From: Candidatus Saccharimonadales bacterium
Lineage (GTDB): Bacteria; Patescibacteriota; Saccharimonadia; Saccharimonadales; Saccharimonadaceae
Assembly: GCA_035697325.1 (NCBI GenBank)
Contig: DASSDB010000002.1
Coordinates: 91,232-155,231, forward strand
Reading direction: 5' to 3'
DNA: 64,000 nucleotides
The position numbers were made by a program, and so were the translations under genes. Below the pieces are notes generated by a model. The model was not told the DNA's origin and searched no databases. It was given only the letters and a program-made list of their open reading frames with translations. Shown here one piece after another: positions 25,941-35,928 of this stretch (positions are counted from its first letter, which is position 1; each line of letters starts with the position of its first letter).

Positions 25941-26432
25941 GTGACTAGTAAGCGGAAATTAAGGAACGAGGCCATCGAGGCAATGGCGAATCTGGCCAAA
26001 AGACGTCCCAATCTTACCTCACAGGCGATAGCTCTCGGAGAGGTTGTCTGGTTCATTCTCCGGCAAAACGGTTTCCAGCGTGAAAGCTCACTGAGACCGG
26101 AGGGAGGCTTCAGGCTCTGGCTCGATCGAAGTGACACATTTGCCCCAAACCTAGCCTTGCTGGAATATTACATCAGGGTGAACAAGGATCGTGAGGACGC
26201 ACAGAAGGAGAAACTTCGAATTGAAGCCATAGAAAGAGAGACTCTTCGGCTTCATGCCTGTCTCGTTCACGCCTTCCTCCCCATACTCGGCGCAAGCAAT
26301 ACCGAGCTGTGCCTCCATCTCAAGCGATCCAGCTGGAGCTCAGAGGACAAGAATTCGCCTGTGGAGTCAATCCACATCACCTTTCCGCCGGAGAACCTGC
26401 TTCGGCAGCTGCGTGAAGCCGTGCTACCGTAA
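25941..26432 (+). CDS. Hypothetical protein, 163 aa, GC-rich cassette
   Basis: GTG start 6 nt after AGGAGAG, own terminator. No family recognised. Line 26281-26340 is 35/60 GC. Confidence 0.55.
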   Translation: MTSKRKLRNEAIEAMANLAKRRPNLTSQAIALGEVVWFILRQNGFQRESSLRPEGGFRLWLDRSDTFAPNLALLEYYIRVNKDREDAQKEKLRIEAIERETLRLHACLVHAFLPILGASNTELCLHLKRSSWSSEDKNSPVESIHITFPPENLLRQLREAVLP

Positions 26433-26476
26433 CCGCGTGCAATCAGCACCGCCCATTGTCTTTTCGAAGCCGGCAT

Positions 26477-26524
26477 AAATCCCGAACCTTCTCTCTCAAA
26501 AGAGTGAAGGCTCGGGATTTTTAC
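26477..26524. terminator. Bidirectional hairpin between the 25941 ORF and murE
   Basis: AAATCCCGAACCTTC / GAAGGCTCGGGATTT (one mismatch) followed by TTTTAC. Confidence 0.6.
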
Positions 26525-27876
26525 TTGGCTAATGCCTGTAACGCCTTTCGTGCTTCTTCTGCTTCGCTCCATGGCACAGATATAACTCGCTCCGGGTCAC
26601 CATCATCCTGCTTCAAGTGGCGAAGTTCAGCCGCGCGTGGTCCGGGGCGAAGGATATCTTTCTCGTGACCCTTACCTAAAAGAATAACTGTGTCTTCTTT
26701 TTTCGATACTCGCGAAAATGCAAAGATGATTGCTTCTCTGCGATCATGTACCAAAAATAAATCTCTTTCGCGCGTTTTTCCCACTTTTTCCGCACCCAAA
26801 GCGATTTCATCCATAATTTCCTGACCATCGATGTCACGATCATCTTCTTCAGTTAGGACCACCTCGTCGGCATACTTAGCCGCAATCTCTCCTTGGACGG
26901 CTCTTTTTTCTTCATCCCTTCGGCCAGCCGAACCAAATACCACAACCAGCTTGCCCTTAACAACCGGCCGCAGATCATGCAGTAACTTTTCAAAGCTATC
27001 GGGCGTATGGGCGTAGTCGATAATAACACCGAACGGCTGCCCTTCATCTATCACCGTCATGCGACCCTCCACTCCTTCAAGACTTTTGATGCCATCCTCA
27101 ATTTGCTGCTTTGAAAGACCAATTTTACGACCTACGGCTACCGCGGCGAGGCTATTATATACATTAAATTCTCCAGGAATCCGGCAACGAATCGCATACG
27201 AATCTCCACCGACTTCCGCAGTATACTCACTCCCTTCGGCGGTTAATGAAATATCGTTTGCGGTTAGTTCGCCCGTTTTTATGCCATAGGCCAGCGAGTT
27301 AGGCGTAGCGGAAAGAAAGGTAGCCGCATGTTCGTCATCCGCATTTACGATTCCGAGTCGCATTCCGTGCCGTGCGGCAATTTGGAAAAGTCGTCGCTTT
27401 GCCGCAACATATCTCGCGAAAGTCTTGTGATAATCAAGATGCTCATGAGTAATATTCGTCATGACGGCAATTTCATACGGAACCCCCCATACACGGTGCT
27501 GCACAAGGGCATGGCTGGTGGTTTCAAGCACAACCCACTCTACCCCTTGAGCCTTAAACTCCGCCAAGCGTTTTTGCAATAATGGTGCCGACACGGTCGT
27601 CATATGAGCGATCTGCGGGTGGATATCGTCATTTACTCCATAGGCTACCGTCGTCAATAGCCCTACCTTCAGCCCAGCCTTTGAAAGCATCTTATGGATC
27701 ATAAACGAGGTAGTCGTTTTGCCATTCGTGCCAGTTACCCCAATAACATGCATCGATTTTGACGGAAATCCATAACGAATATTCGCTGCGATCGCCTCAA
27801 TAAGATGACCCATAGGCTCAATTCGTTCAAACAGGCCGATCGGTATTGCTTTTTTTACAATGCTACGAAAAGACAT
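26521..27876 (-). CDS. murE: UDP-N-acetylmuramoyl-tripeptide synthetase (MurE-type Mur ligase)
   Basis: VIGVTGTNGKTTTSFMI P-loop, DYAHTPDS motif, 451 aa. Confidence 0.9.
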   Translation of the reverse strand: MSFRSIVKKAIPIGLFERIEPMGHLIEAIAANIRYGFPSKSMHVIGVTGTNGKTTTSFMIHKMLSKAGLKVGLLTTVAYGVNDDIHPQIAHMTTVSAPLLQKRLAEFKAQGVEWVVLETTSHALVQHRVWGVPYEIAVMTNITHEHLDYHKTFARYVAAKRRLFQIAARHGMRLGIVNADDEHAATFLSATPNSLAYGIKTGELTANDISLTAEGSEYTAEVGGDSYAIRCRIPGEFNVYNSLAAVAVGRKIGLSKQQIEDGIKSLEGVEGRMTVIDEGQPFGVIIDYAHTPDSFEKLLHDLRPVVKGKLVVVFGSAGRRDEEKRAVQGEIAAKYADEVVLTEEDDRDIDGQEIMDEIALGAEKVGKTRERDLFLVHDRREAIIFAFSRVSKKEDTVILLGKGHEKDILRPGPRAAELRHLKQDDGDPERVISVPWSEAEEARKALQALAK

Positions 27877-28965
27877 CTATTGATTCTCTTTTTCACCTAA
27901 AATGCCCAACTGATCTTTTTGTGAGGCGAACTCTTTTCCAATAAGCAACACTGTATCATCAAGCTTAGCTGCCCGGCCCACAATACGCCACGCTTCTTCA
28001 GGAGAAGCTACTACTTCCGCTCCTGGGAGCGCTCTCTCGTCGGCTAAGACCAATACGAGTCGATCGGCAACTTTTTTAACATACCGGATAGTTGCGTCAT
28101 CACACTTAGCTGCTTCGAGAGCAACAAGAAGTCGGCGCTTACTGAGTTCTGCCGCAGAATCAACTACCATTTTTATCGAAACATCGGTGCTAGCTTTATC
28201 TACTACAACCGAATAAGGACGATCTCCCTTCAAATATTCGTAGTTATCTTCTACCGCCTCTACCGCAGCTGCGCCTTCTTCGACGGTATTAAAAGGGATG
28301 CCCAAAACATACGCCGACGCAATTGCTGCGGTTAGATTGTAAGCATTAGCCTTCCCCACCAAATGTGTTGCTGCCGTGAGGGAAGTATGATGGTCAATGG
28401 TCAAATCGACCTCTGTGCCCTTACGATATAATGTCAATTTATTAATGCGGGCTTCGGCTGTTTCTTGCTCACCATACGTAATCACCTGATGGTCAGCTAT
28501 TTCCAGCAAACCCGCCTGATACGTATCTGGAATGACCGCATAATTCAGGTCTCCCGCCAGAAGTTCATCAGCCTCAGGCGATTTGCTTGTCGCTATTACT
28601 GTATCGATACCCAGAGCCATCAGCCCCCCCGACCCCATAAGCTCAGGAGTCACCTCAACGATAAAAAACTCAGCCGCGTTACGCTTTGCATCTTTCAATT
28701 GTCGTTGTAAATCCGATACTACATCCTCTGAACCTGGCACGTAGGTGACAACCACTCGTCCAGTCTCTTTTAAAATAGCCAGGAGCAATTGTGTCGTGGA
28801 CGTCTTACCGTACTCGCCTACCACTACGATGACTCGCACTGTACTTGCCGGGTTTCCGTAGCGGGCACTTACCAGCTTCGCCCTTCCCTTACGGTAAAGC
28901 CCGAGTACTCGGCCGGCTAGTCCACCGGAAGCCGTCTTCTCCATATCCCCCAAAAATTCTTTCAT
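27877..28965 (-). CDS. Mur ligase family protein, short (362 aa), specificity unclear
   Basis: VIVVVGEYGKTSTTQLL P-loop and central-domain layout. Abuts murE with no gap. Confidence 0.65.
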   Translation of the reverse strand: MKEFLGDMEKTASGGLAGRVLGLYRKGRAKLVSARYGNPASTVRVIVVVGEYGKTSTTQLLLAILKETGRVVVTYVPGSEDVVSDLQRQLKDAKRNAAEFFIVEVTPELMGSGGLMALGIDTVIATSKSPEADELLAGDLNYAVIPDTYQAGLLEIADHQVITYGEQETAEARINKLTLYRKGTEVDLTIDHHTSLTAATHLVGKANAYNLTAAIASAYVLGIPFNTVEEGAAAVEAVEDNYEYLKGDRPYSVVVDKASTDVSIKMVVDSAAELSKRRLLVALEAAKCDDATIRYVKKVADRLVLVLADERALPGAEVVASPEEAWRIVGRAAKLDDTVLLIGKEFASQKDQLGILGEKENQ

Positions 28966-29614
28966 GTCCCTATTTTACCACTCTGATCATCACTACAAAA
29001 TACAGCCTATTAATGATATGATAACGGGCATTATGCACCACAAATCATTTCAAACAATATCCAGGGAAGAAGTAGTCGATCACCTTCTTAGAGGTGAGGT
29101 AGGTGTCATGCCAACCGATACGGTATACGGACTTGTCGCACGCGCCTCAGACCCGAAGGCAGTAGCCAAGTTATACGCCTTAAAAAACCGGGACCATAAA
29201 CCGGGTACGGTTATCGCGGCCTCAACAGACCAACTTCTTGCACTTGGTGTCAATAAACACCATATCGACCGCGTTAAGCAGTGGTGGCCTAATCCTCTTA
29301 GCGTTGAGACCCCGCTTGGTCCCGAGCTCAATTACATGCACCAAGAGACCGGCCGACAAGGATTTCGAGTGGTGGCAGACGAAGCCGTAAGAGCCATCCT
29401 TGAAAAAACAGGGCCGCTTGTTACCTCAAGCGCTAATCATCCGGGAGCCCCAGGTTCTACCAATGTAGACGAAGCATGGGAATATTTTGGAGATCGTGTT
29501 GATTTTTATGTTGATGGCGGCGACCTCTCAAACAGACCCCCATCAACTATCGTTAAGCTTCACCAAAATGGCACGATAGAGGTCATTCGTGAAGGTGCGG
29601 TAAAACTCTCTTAG
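28964..29614 (+). CDS. tsaC: L-threonylcarbamoyladenylate synthase (TsaC/YwlC/Sua5 family)
   Basis: GVMPTDTVYGLVARASDPKAVAKLYALKNRDHKPGTV, SSANHPG. The true start may be an internal ATG (about 29018). Confidence 0.88.
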   Translation: MSLFYHSDHHYKIQPINDMITGIMHHKSFQTISREEVVDHLLRGEVGVMPTDTVYGLVARASDPKAVAKLYALKNRDHKPGTVIAASTDQLLALGVNKHHIDRVKQWWPNPLSVETPLGPELNYMHQETGRQGFRVVADEAVRAILEKTGPLVTSSANHPGAPGSTNVDEAWEYFGDRVDFYVDGGDLSNRPPSTIVKLHQNGTIEVIREGAVKLS

Positions 29615-29695
29615 CTCCAAAAACTTTTCCATAATATTGTTACTAAAGCAATGTTATGTTTAAATTAGGCAGTACTCTCTCCCCTAGGAGGAACT

Positions 29696-30382
29696 GTGAG
29701 AAAAATACTCTGGTTCGTTGTACTGGGCGCAGCGGCCTTGGCACTTCTTGTATCGGGGTGTAGCGGCTCGCCCGTGCATCAATCACGCGCCGAGTACCAG
29801 GCCAAGCTCGATGCCAGTCCCATCCGTTTCGACGCCAGCACGCAGGTTATCGGTAAAGGTGGCCGGCTGTACATCAAGAAGGGCGCTTCAGCCACACAGA
29901 GCTGCCTGAAGCTCTGTGGCACAATCGAACCCAAGGATTCGGCCGATCCGCAGAGTGGGTTCAAAGTAGCGCTCCCCATCGGATTCAGAGTGGCAATGAA
30001 CACACCGCAAACCCTGGCCGACGGCCTAGTCACCGAACTGACGTACTGGAATCCACTCACCCAAGCGGAAGAAGGTGTTCCTTACGAGCGCGACCGGGCT
30101 ATCGAGGTGCCTTCGTCGCTCATCAGCAAGACAGTCAATGACCTGGCAGAGGTGAAGGAAGGCTTCATCCAAGGAGCCTATGTTCACCCCACGCACGATG
30201 GCAGCTGGGTAGTCGACCGCGATATCCCGCTCTGGCGTGAACCGTTAGGACTTGACTACGGCATGACCGTCACGGTGAGAATCACCGAGAACGATGGCAA
30301 GCCTTCCGTCTGTGTCCCTTCGGGTACAGTACTGAGTTCGACCGTGACGGATGACGGGATCCAGGTTTCGAGATCCTGCTAG
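29696..30382 (+). CDS. Putative lipoprotein, GC-rich cassette
   Basis: GTG start after GGAGG. Signal peptide with lipobox LLVSGC. No family recognised. Line 29761-29820 is 39/60 GC. Confidence 0.7.
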   Translation: MRKILWFVVLGAAALALLVSGCSGSPVHQSRAEYQAKLDASPIRFDASTQVIGKGGRLYIKKGASATQSCLKLCGTIEPKDSADPQSGFKVALPIGFRVAMNTPQTLADGLVTELTYWNPLTQAEEGVPYERDRAIEVPSSLISKTVNDLAEVKEGFIQGAYVHPTHDGSWVVDRDIPLWREPLGLDYGMTVTVRITENDGKPSVCVPSGTVLSSTVTDDGIQVSRSC

Positions 30383-30392
30383 CAGGGAGTAC

Positions 30393-30417
30393 GGGGCAGC
30401 GGTTCGTTCGCTGCCCC
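30393..30417. terminator. Hairpin between the lipoprotein gene and the convergent membrane-protein gene
   Basis: GGGGCAGCG / CGCTGCCCC, 7-nt loop, no strong U-tract. Confidence 0.5.
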
Positions 30418-30428
30418 ACTCTCAAAAC

Positions 30429-31073
30429 TTATGCATTCTTTTTTGCTATCCACATGCACCAGTACAAAGTTACGAGTACCGCAAAGTAGCTTAACGTCAC
30501 CGAGATTAACCCAGGGTGCGCAGAAGGGTGAGCCACTATCGACCAAACGTCTCCAAAGAGACCAACCGGGTTACTCACCACATCCCAGCTATTCCACCTC
30601 AATTCTCTACCCAAATAAATTGCAAAGCTGCTCAGCAATAGCACCACCCCTACAAGTGGTGTTATTATTTTTGCCCTCAAGTGGCGTAGGTAGGCCGTAT
30701 GAAGAAGCCACAGACTCGCGAAGCCCATCACAAACCCGACGATACTAAACTGCGCCAGCATTATCACATCCTGTACAATATCCACACGTTGCACCTCCGG
30801 CAAGTGAATGTAATCTGTAAAAATATAAAAACTATTTGGCAAAAACAGAAGCCAAATAATCAAAAGAGCCACCGTACGCCAGTTCTTCCAGTTATAGGTA
30901 TTAAGCAGCTTCCGCAAGCCTACAGCAAGAGCAAGCGGAATTGCACCGAGAAAAAGATTGTATGGCAAATACCAATAGTCGAACGTGTGATTCCGCAGTG
31001 CGCCTACCGCAAATAAACCTATTGCTACTATACTCGCAACGATTAAACTTATGGTAAAAAGTCGGAAATTCAT
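30429..31073 (-). CDS. Polytopic membrane protein (DUF1361-like)
   Basis: Six or so hydrophobic helices. The YNLFLGAIPLALA motif resembles DUF1361 proteins; this family call is from memory only. Confidence 0.7.
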   Translation of the reverse strand: MNFRLFTISLIVASIVAIGLFAVGALRNHTFDYWYLPYNLFLGAIPLALAVGLRKLLNTYNWKNWRTVALLIIWLLFLPNSFYIFTDYIHLPEVQRVDIVQDVIMLAQFSIVGFVMGFASLWLLHTAYLRHLRAKIITPLVGVVLLLSSFAIYLGRELRWNSWDVVSNPVGLFGDVWSIVAHPSAHPGLISVTLSYFAVLVTLYWCMWIAKKNA

Positions 31074-31128
31074 TACCTCTAGTATACTCCGAGAGCCCTT
31101 CTGTATTAAAGAGGTGTAATCTGCTAAA

Positions 31129-32217
31129 ATGAGGGCAATGAAAATTTTGGGAATAGAAAGCAGTTGTGACGAAACCGCGGCCGCCGTCGTTGAAGATGGT
31201 CACCGCCTTCTCAGTAATGTCGTTAATTCTCAGATTGATATCCATGCCGCGTATGGAGGAGTCATCCCAGAGGTAGCTGCTCGAAGCCATATCGAGGTAA
31301 TAGAGCCTGTTATCACCCAAGCCCTCCAAAACGCCCACGCCACGTGGGACGACATTTACGCCATTGCCGTCACTTATGCGCCGGGACTTATCGGGTCGCT
31401 TTTGGTGGGTACGCTCGCCGCTCGAACGCTTGCTATCTTAAAAAACAAACCCCTATACCCCGTTCATCACGTCGAAGGTCATGTTTACGCAAACTTTATT
31501 ACTGAGCAATCGACCGATCTTTCTTTTGCGCTTCCCTCAAAACAGCCTGAATTTCCTATGCTGGCCCTTATTGTGAGTGGAGGCCACTCGCAACTAGTCC
31601 TCTTCCGCGATCATGGCGACTACACGCTCCTGGGCCAAACTCAGGATGATGCGGTAGGAGAGGCGTACGATAAGGTGGCAAAAATTATCGGCCTCCCCTA
31701 TCCAGGCGGTCCCGCTGTAGATACACTCGCTCTTCAAGGTGACCCCTATAAGTATCCTCTGCCAAAAGCCAAGCTTAAAAACCCTTACGACTTTAGCTTT
31801 TCAGGCCTCAAAACAGCTGTTTTACGGGCAGTACAGCGCGAAGTGGGTGTTGACTTCACTTTTCCATCTTATGGCCTTCCAGCACGCTTAAACGACGTTC
31901 AACGGGCAGATTTTGCTGCCAGCTTCCAGCGCATTGCCAACGAAACGCTTGTCGACACGGCCTTTCGCGCCTTTTCGGCCTACGCACCCAAATCCGTTGT
32001 TATTGCAGGCGGTGTTGCCGCGAGCCAAGCCCTTCGTAAAATGCTTGCAGATCGACTCCCTATCGCCATCGAATATGCGCCTATCAAACTATGTACTGAT
32101 AACGCAGCCATGATCGCAGCACTTGGCTACTACTACGCTCAAGCTAAGGAGCCTACGAGTCCTTATGATCTTGAAGTTATCCCAAGTCTCTCAATGACTA
32201 AAACAGCCTGGAAATAG
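31129..32217 (+). CDS. tsaD: tRNA N6-adenosine threonylcarbamoyltransferase
   Basis: ILGIESSCDETAAAVV, HVEGHVYANF, SGGHSQL motifs of Kae1/TsaD. Confidence 0.95.
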   Translation: MRAMKILGIESSCDETAAAVVEDGHRLLSNVVNSQIDIHAAYGGVIPEVAARSHIEVIEPVITQALQNAHATWDDIYAIAVTYAPGLIGSLLVGTLAARTLAILKNKPLYPVHHVEGHVYANFITEQSTDLSFALPSKQPEFPMLALIVSGGHSQLVLFRDHGDYTLLGQTQDDAVGEAYDKVAKIIGLPYPGGPAVDTLALQGDPYKYPLPKAKLKNPYDFSFSGLKTAVLRAVQREVGVDFTFPSYGLPARLNDVQRADFAASFQRIANETLVDTAFRAFSAYAPKSVVIAGGVAASQALRKMLADRLPIAIEYAPIKLCTDNAAMIAALGYYYAQAKEPTSPYDLEVIPSLSMTKTAWK

Positions 32218-33189
32218 CTATCGTTTTATTGCCCGAATAATCTTCTTGGCCGCCGGAAGACCGTACGTCCATGCATGGTAAAATGGCGAAAGCGGAAAAT
32301 CGAATGTACCAACCATGTTGTTCTCATGATCAGCAAAACCTTGTTTAAATGCGCTGATCCCATCGTTGATCAAGCCATTGAGGTCATACTGGGAGATTCC
32401 CCACTTCTTCATCATGGTAATAGCCTGCCATTTTAAGGTGTAGTTGGCCCTCGCCTCCTGCCCTTCATCCGTCACACCCCCGTATAGTTCAAACGCGGTA
32501 AAATTACTGATAGCCAACCACAAGAAGGCAACCATTTTTTCACCATGAAATGCGGCAAATACCGGCGAATGATCACCTAATTCCTTAAAAATATCTTCAT
32601 AATAGTCATCACCATGAAGTGCAAATCCGGCGCGCCGAGCTGTTTGCTTATATATAGCCAAACACTCCTGTAATTCTGTCGCTGTTTTTATCTGGCGAAC
32701 AGTCACTTCTGCCGCAGATTTTCGAATATACTGTCGTGTTTTTTTTGCCATAACGGCAAGCAATTCTTCTTCAGATCGCTCCAGATCAAGAATAAGAGTC
32801 CGAGGCGCCAAGATAGTGTTTGATGACTGGCGCCACCCCTCCGGCAGGTCTGCCTTCTCCCAATTCGGTTCGATCGTTAAGACTGTCGCAGGATGATGTT
32901 CTCTAACATAGGTAACCAGTGCATTCAAAACCACCCCCCTCTTACTCTCAACACACACAGGCCCTCTCGGTATATACACCAATGCCTTAAATGGCTTTGG
33001 TAAATGGCGGATCAAAAGTTGCGCGGCTCCCGCTATCTCGCTTCCCTCTCTCGCAACAACCCTCTCAGCACGCCAACCATGCGTTGCTTTTACTTCTCCC
33101 CAACCCCAAAGTTGGAGCGGGTGCCCACCATTATCGAGTACAATCTCATCCCATTCTTCCCTGTCGTTACAAGCCCTAACCTCTGTCAT
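32218..33189 (-). CDS. FemAB-family peptidoglycan bridge aminoacyltransferase (second paralog)
   Basis: GGHPLQLWGWGEVKATHGWRAERV, TRQYIRKS, ANYTLKWQAITMMKKWGISQYDLNG. Confidence 0.85.
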   Translation of the reverse strand: MTEVRACNDREEWDEIVLDNGGHPLQLWGWGEVKATHGWRAERVVAREGSEIAGAAQLLIRHLPKPFKALVYIPRGPVCVESKRGVVLNALVTYVREHHPATVLTIEPNWEKADLPEGWRQSSNTILAPRTLILDLERSEEELLAVMAKKTRQYIRKSAAEVTVRQIKTATELQECLAIYKQTARRAGFALHGDDYYEDIFKELGDHSPVFAAFHGEKMVAFLWLAISNFTAFELYGGVTDEGQEARANYTLKWQAITMMKKWGISQYDLNGLINDGISAFKQGFADHENNMVGTFDFPLSPFYHAWTYGLPAAKKIIRAIKR

Positions 33190-33277
33190 ATCTTCCTATT
33201 ATACACCTCCGTCATGTGGTATAATTAAAGAGGAAAATAAACACGTGGTGAAACATACTGGAGGATTTGTCAAACTT

Positions 33278-33323
33278 TTCACGTGAAACGTTTGTTATCT
33301 TCGCTGTGCTTTTTTCACGTGAA
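33278..33323 (+). promoter_or_regulatory. Two identical TTCACGTGAA palindromes in the valS leader
   Basis: TTTTCACGTGAAA at 33276-33288 and 33312-33324 (cores 33278-87 and 33314-23, 36 bp apart), plus a degenerate third copy CACGTGGTGAAA at 33242-53. All lie downstream of a TGGTATAAT extended -10 (33223-31). Confidence 0.45.
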
Positions 33324-33346
33324 AATTACAACAGAGAGCGACCTCT

Positions 33347-35902
33347 ATGAAACTAGCTAAAACGTACGACCCTAATCAATACGAGCCAACTATTTATGCC
33401 CTTTGGGAGCGCTCAGATGCCTTTAGTCCAAGCGGAGAAGGGGAGCCTTATAGTGTCGTAATGCCACCCGCAAACGCAAACGGCAACCTTCACTTAGGTC
33501 ACGCACTCACCATCGGCCTTGAGGATATCCTTACCCGCTATTACAGAATGAAGGGAAGGGACGTCATCTACATTCCAGGTGAAGATCATGCTGGTCTAGA
33601 GACATGGGTTGTATATGAACGCGAACTTGAGAAAAAAGGCCAAAGCCGATTTGATTTTAGCCGTGAGCAAGTATACAGCCAGGTATGGGACTTTGTTGCT
33701 ATGCATAGGGGTAATACCGAATTGCAGATCCGTGCCTTAGGCGCAAGCACTTCTTGGAAAGATCTCGTATTTACTCTTGACGATAAGGTTATTGATCGTG
33801 TTTATAAAACATTCAAAAAAATGTGGGACGAAGGCCTTGTTTATCGAGGCGAAAGAATTGTTAACTATAGTACGAAATACCAAACGGGCTACGCCGATAT
33901 AGAGGTCGATCACAAGTTAGAGAAGGGGACTCTCTGGAAAATTGCCTACCCAACACTCGATAAAATCGGTGAAATTGTCATCGCTACCACCCGTCCCGAA
34001 ACACTTCTTGGAGACGTTGCTGTTGCCGTCCACCCTAATGATGAACGATATAAGCATCTCGTAGGCACACATGTATTGCTACCTCTTACTAATCGCGAAA
34101 TTCCGGTAATTGCTGATGAATATGTTGACCCCGAGTTTGGTACCGGAGCGGTTAAAATTACTCCGGCTCACGATCCTAACGATTTTGAAGTGGGGGAGCG
34201 TCATAACCTTGAGCGTATTCAGGTTATCGACTTCGACGGCAAGATGATAAACGTGCCACAACAATTCGCGGGACTTGAGGTAGAAGAAGCTCGCAAAAAA
34301 GTTCTCGCAGCCTTAAAAGCTGGGGAGTTCCTGCGCGGAGAAGAAACGATCGAACACAGCGTGGGATACGACTATAAGAGCGGACTTCCAATTCAGCCCC
34401 TTATAAAAGAGCAATGGTTCCTCAACATGAAACCGCTTGCCGAGCGTGCTATTAAAGCTATTGAAAACGGGGATATCGCATTTACGCCAACAAGTAAAAA
34501 ATCGGCGTTGGTTAATTATCTCAAAAACATCCGAGACTGGAACCTTAGTCGACAGATTCCTTGGGGGATTCCTATTCCTGCCTTCCAAAACGAAAATAAC
34601 CCCGAAGATTGGATATTTGATACACGAGTCGACGAAAAAGCAATCGTTGTTAATGGTACTACATATAAGAGATCGGAAGAGACGTTCGATACGTGGTTTT
34701 CAAGCGGTCAGTGGCCGTTTGTTACAACAGACTATCTTGATGGCGGAGAGCTCAAACGCTTTTATCCTCTCAACGTAATGGAGACCGGAGCAGATATTCT
34801 CTATGCCTGGGTGGCACGCATGATCATGTTCGGACTATACGCGACGGATACCGTGCCGTTCAAAGACGTCTATCTCCACGGGCTCGTTCTAGATGAACAC
34901 GGCCAAAAAATGAGCAAAAGCAAAGGAAATGTCATCAATCCGATGGAACTCGTTGCCGAATACGGCTCTGACGCTCTTCGTCTCGGCATTATCGCTTCTC
35001 GCAGCGCCGGCCAAAATCAGGCATTTTCAACTAGTAAAGTGATTGCCGGACGCAACTTCTGTAATAAGCTGTGGAATATTGCTCGCTTCATAGAAGGGAA
35101 GTTGGGAGACTCCTACACACCTGAATCACCCCAGCCTCAAACTCTTGCCGACCACTGGATTATCAAAGAGCTTACCGATGCCGCTAGCTCGATCGAGAAA
35201 TATCTTGAAAGCTATCGTTTTGCCGAAGCAAGCGAAGTAGTTTACCACGCCGTTTGGGATAGTGTTGCCGATTGGTATATCGAAGCCAGTAAAACTACCG
35301 AAAACCCTGCCATGCTGGCCTGGGTACTCGATACGAGCCTCAAGCTTGCTCATCCGTTTGCGCCATTTGTTACCGAAACCATTTGGCAATCGCTCAGCTG
35401 GCACAACGATAAAGAGCTTCTTATTGCCGCTTCATGGCCCTCTGAGACCGCGTATAACGATATAGCCGCTGCCGAGTTCGAACAGCTCCAAACACTCATC
35501 GTAGAGGCCCGTTACGTGATGTCTGAGCTGCCTGGTAATGAGAGATATCCTCTTGTTTACCAAAACGACGCGCTTGTTGGCGATAACGCCGACCTTATCC
35601 AGCACCTCAGTCGCGTAAAAGAAGTCCGGGAAGAAGCTCAGCCAAAAGGCCTGCGGCTTGCAAGTAGCAACCGCGAAGCTTGGCTGGAGATCAGCGAAGA
35701 AACAATGTACGAACACCAAAGCAATCTTGAAGTACGCCTCGCCGAAACCAAGCAGTTTATCAAAACTCTTGAAGCACGCCTAAGTAACGAAAGTTACACC
35801 GCAAAAGCGCCCGCTCATCTTGTAGAAGAGTCTCGTAAGCAACTCGAAGAGAAAAAGACGTTGCTGCAACGCCTTGAGACCGAGCTGGCAGTTTTAAAGT
35901 AA
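33347..35902 (+). CDS. valS: Valine--tRNA ligase
   Basis: PPANANGNLHLGHAL (HIGH), KMSKSKGN (KMSKS), C-terminal coiled coil, 851 aa. Confidence 0.98.
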   Translation: MKLAKTYDPNQYEPTIYALWERSDAFSPSGEGEPYSVVMPPANANGNLHLGHALTIGLEDILTRYYRMKGRDVIYIPGEDHAGLETWVVYERELEKKGQSRFDFSREQVYSQVWDFVAMHRGNTELQIRALGASTSWKDLVFTLDDKVIDRVYKTFKKMWDEGLVYRGERIVNYSTKYQTGYADIEVDHKLEKGTLWKIAYPTLDKIGEIVIATTRPETLLGDVAVAVHPNDERYKHLVGTHVLLPLTNREIPVIADEYVDPEFGTGAVKITPAHDPNDFEVGERHNLERIQVIDFDGKMINVPQQFAGLEVEEARKKVLAALKAGEFLRGEETIEHSVGYDYKSGLPIQPLIKEQWFLNMKPLAERAIKAIENGDIAFTPTSKKSALVNYLKNIRDWNLSRQIPWGIPIPAFQNENNPEDWIFDTRVDEKAIVVNGTTYKRSEETFDTWFSSGQWPFVTTDYLDGGELKRFYPLNVMETGADILYAWVARMIMFGLYATDTVPFKDVYLHGLVLDEHGQKMSKSKGNVINPMELVAEYGSDALRLGIIASRSAGQNQAFSTSKVIAGRNFCNKLWNIARFIEGKLGDSYTPESPQPQTLADHWIIKELTDAASSIEKYLESYRFAEASEVVYHAVWDSVADWYIEASKTTENPAMLAWVLDTSLKLAHPFAPFVTETIWQSLSWHNDKELLIAASWPSETAYNDIAAAEFEQLQTLIVEARYVMSELPGNERYPLVYQNDALVGDNADLIQHLSRVKEVREEAQPKGLRLASSNREAWLEISEETMYEHQSNLEVRLAETKQFIKTLEARLSNESYTAKAPAHLVEESRKQLEEKKTLLQRLETELAVLK

Positions 35903-35928
35903 GCGTCATCCGCTTCTTAATAGACCAA

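Noticed and set aside
30901-31338. 145-aa minus-strand ORF spanning the tsaD start
   Set aside because: It overlaps both the DUF1361-like gene (different frame) and tsaD (antisense), and it has no SD.
33190-33346. T-box riboswitch upstream of valS
   Set aside because: The leader is only about 110 nt. I see no specifier loop with a GUN codon context and no conserved T-box 14-mer. The palindromic repeats are reported as a separate finding instead.
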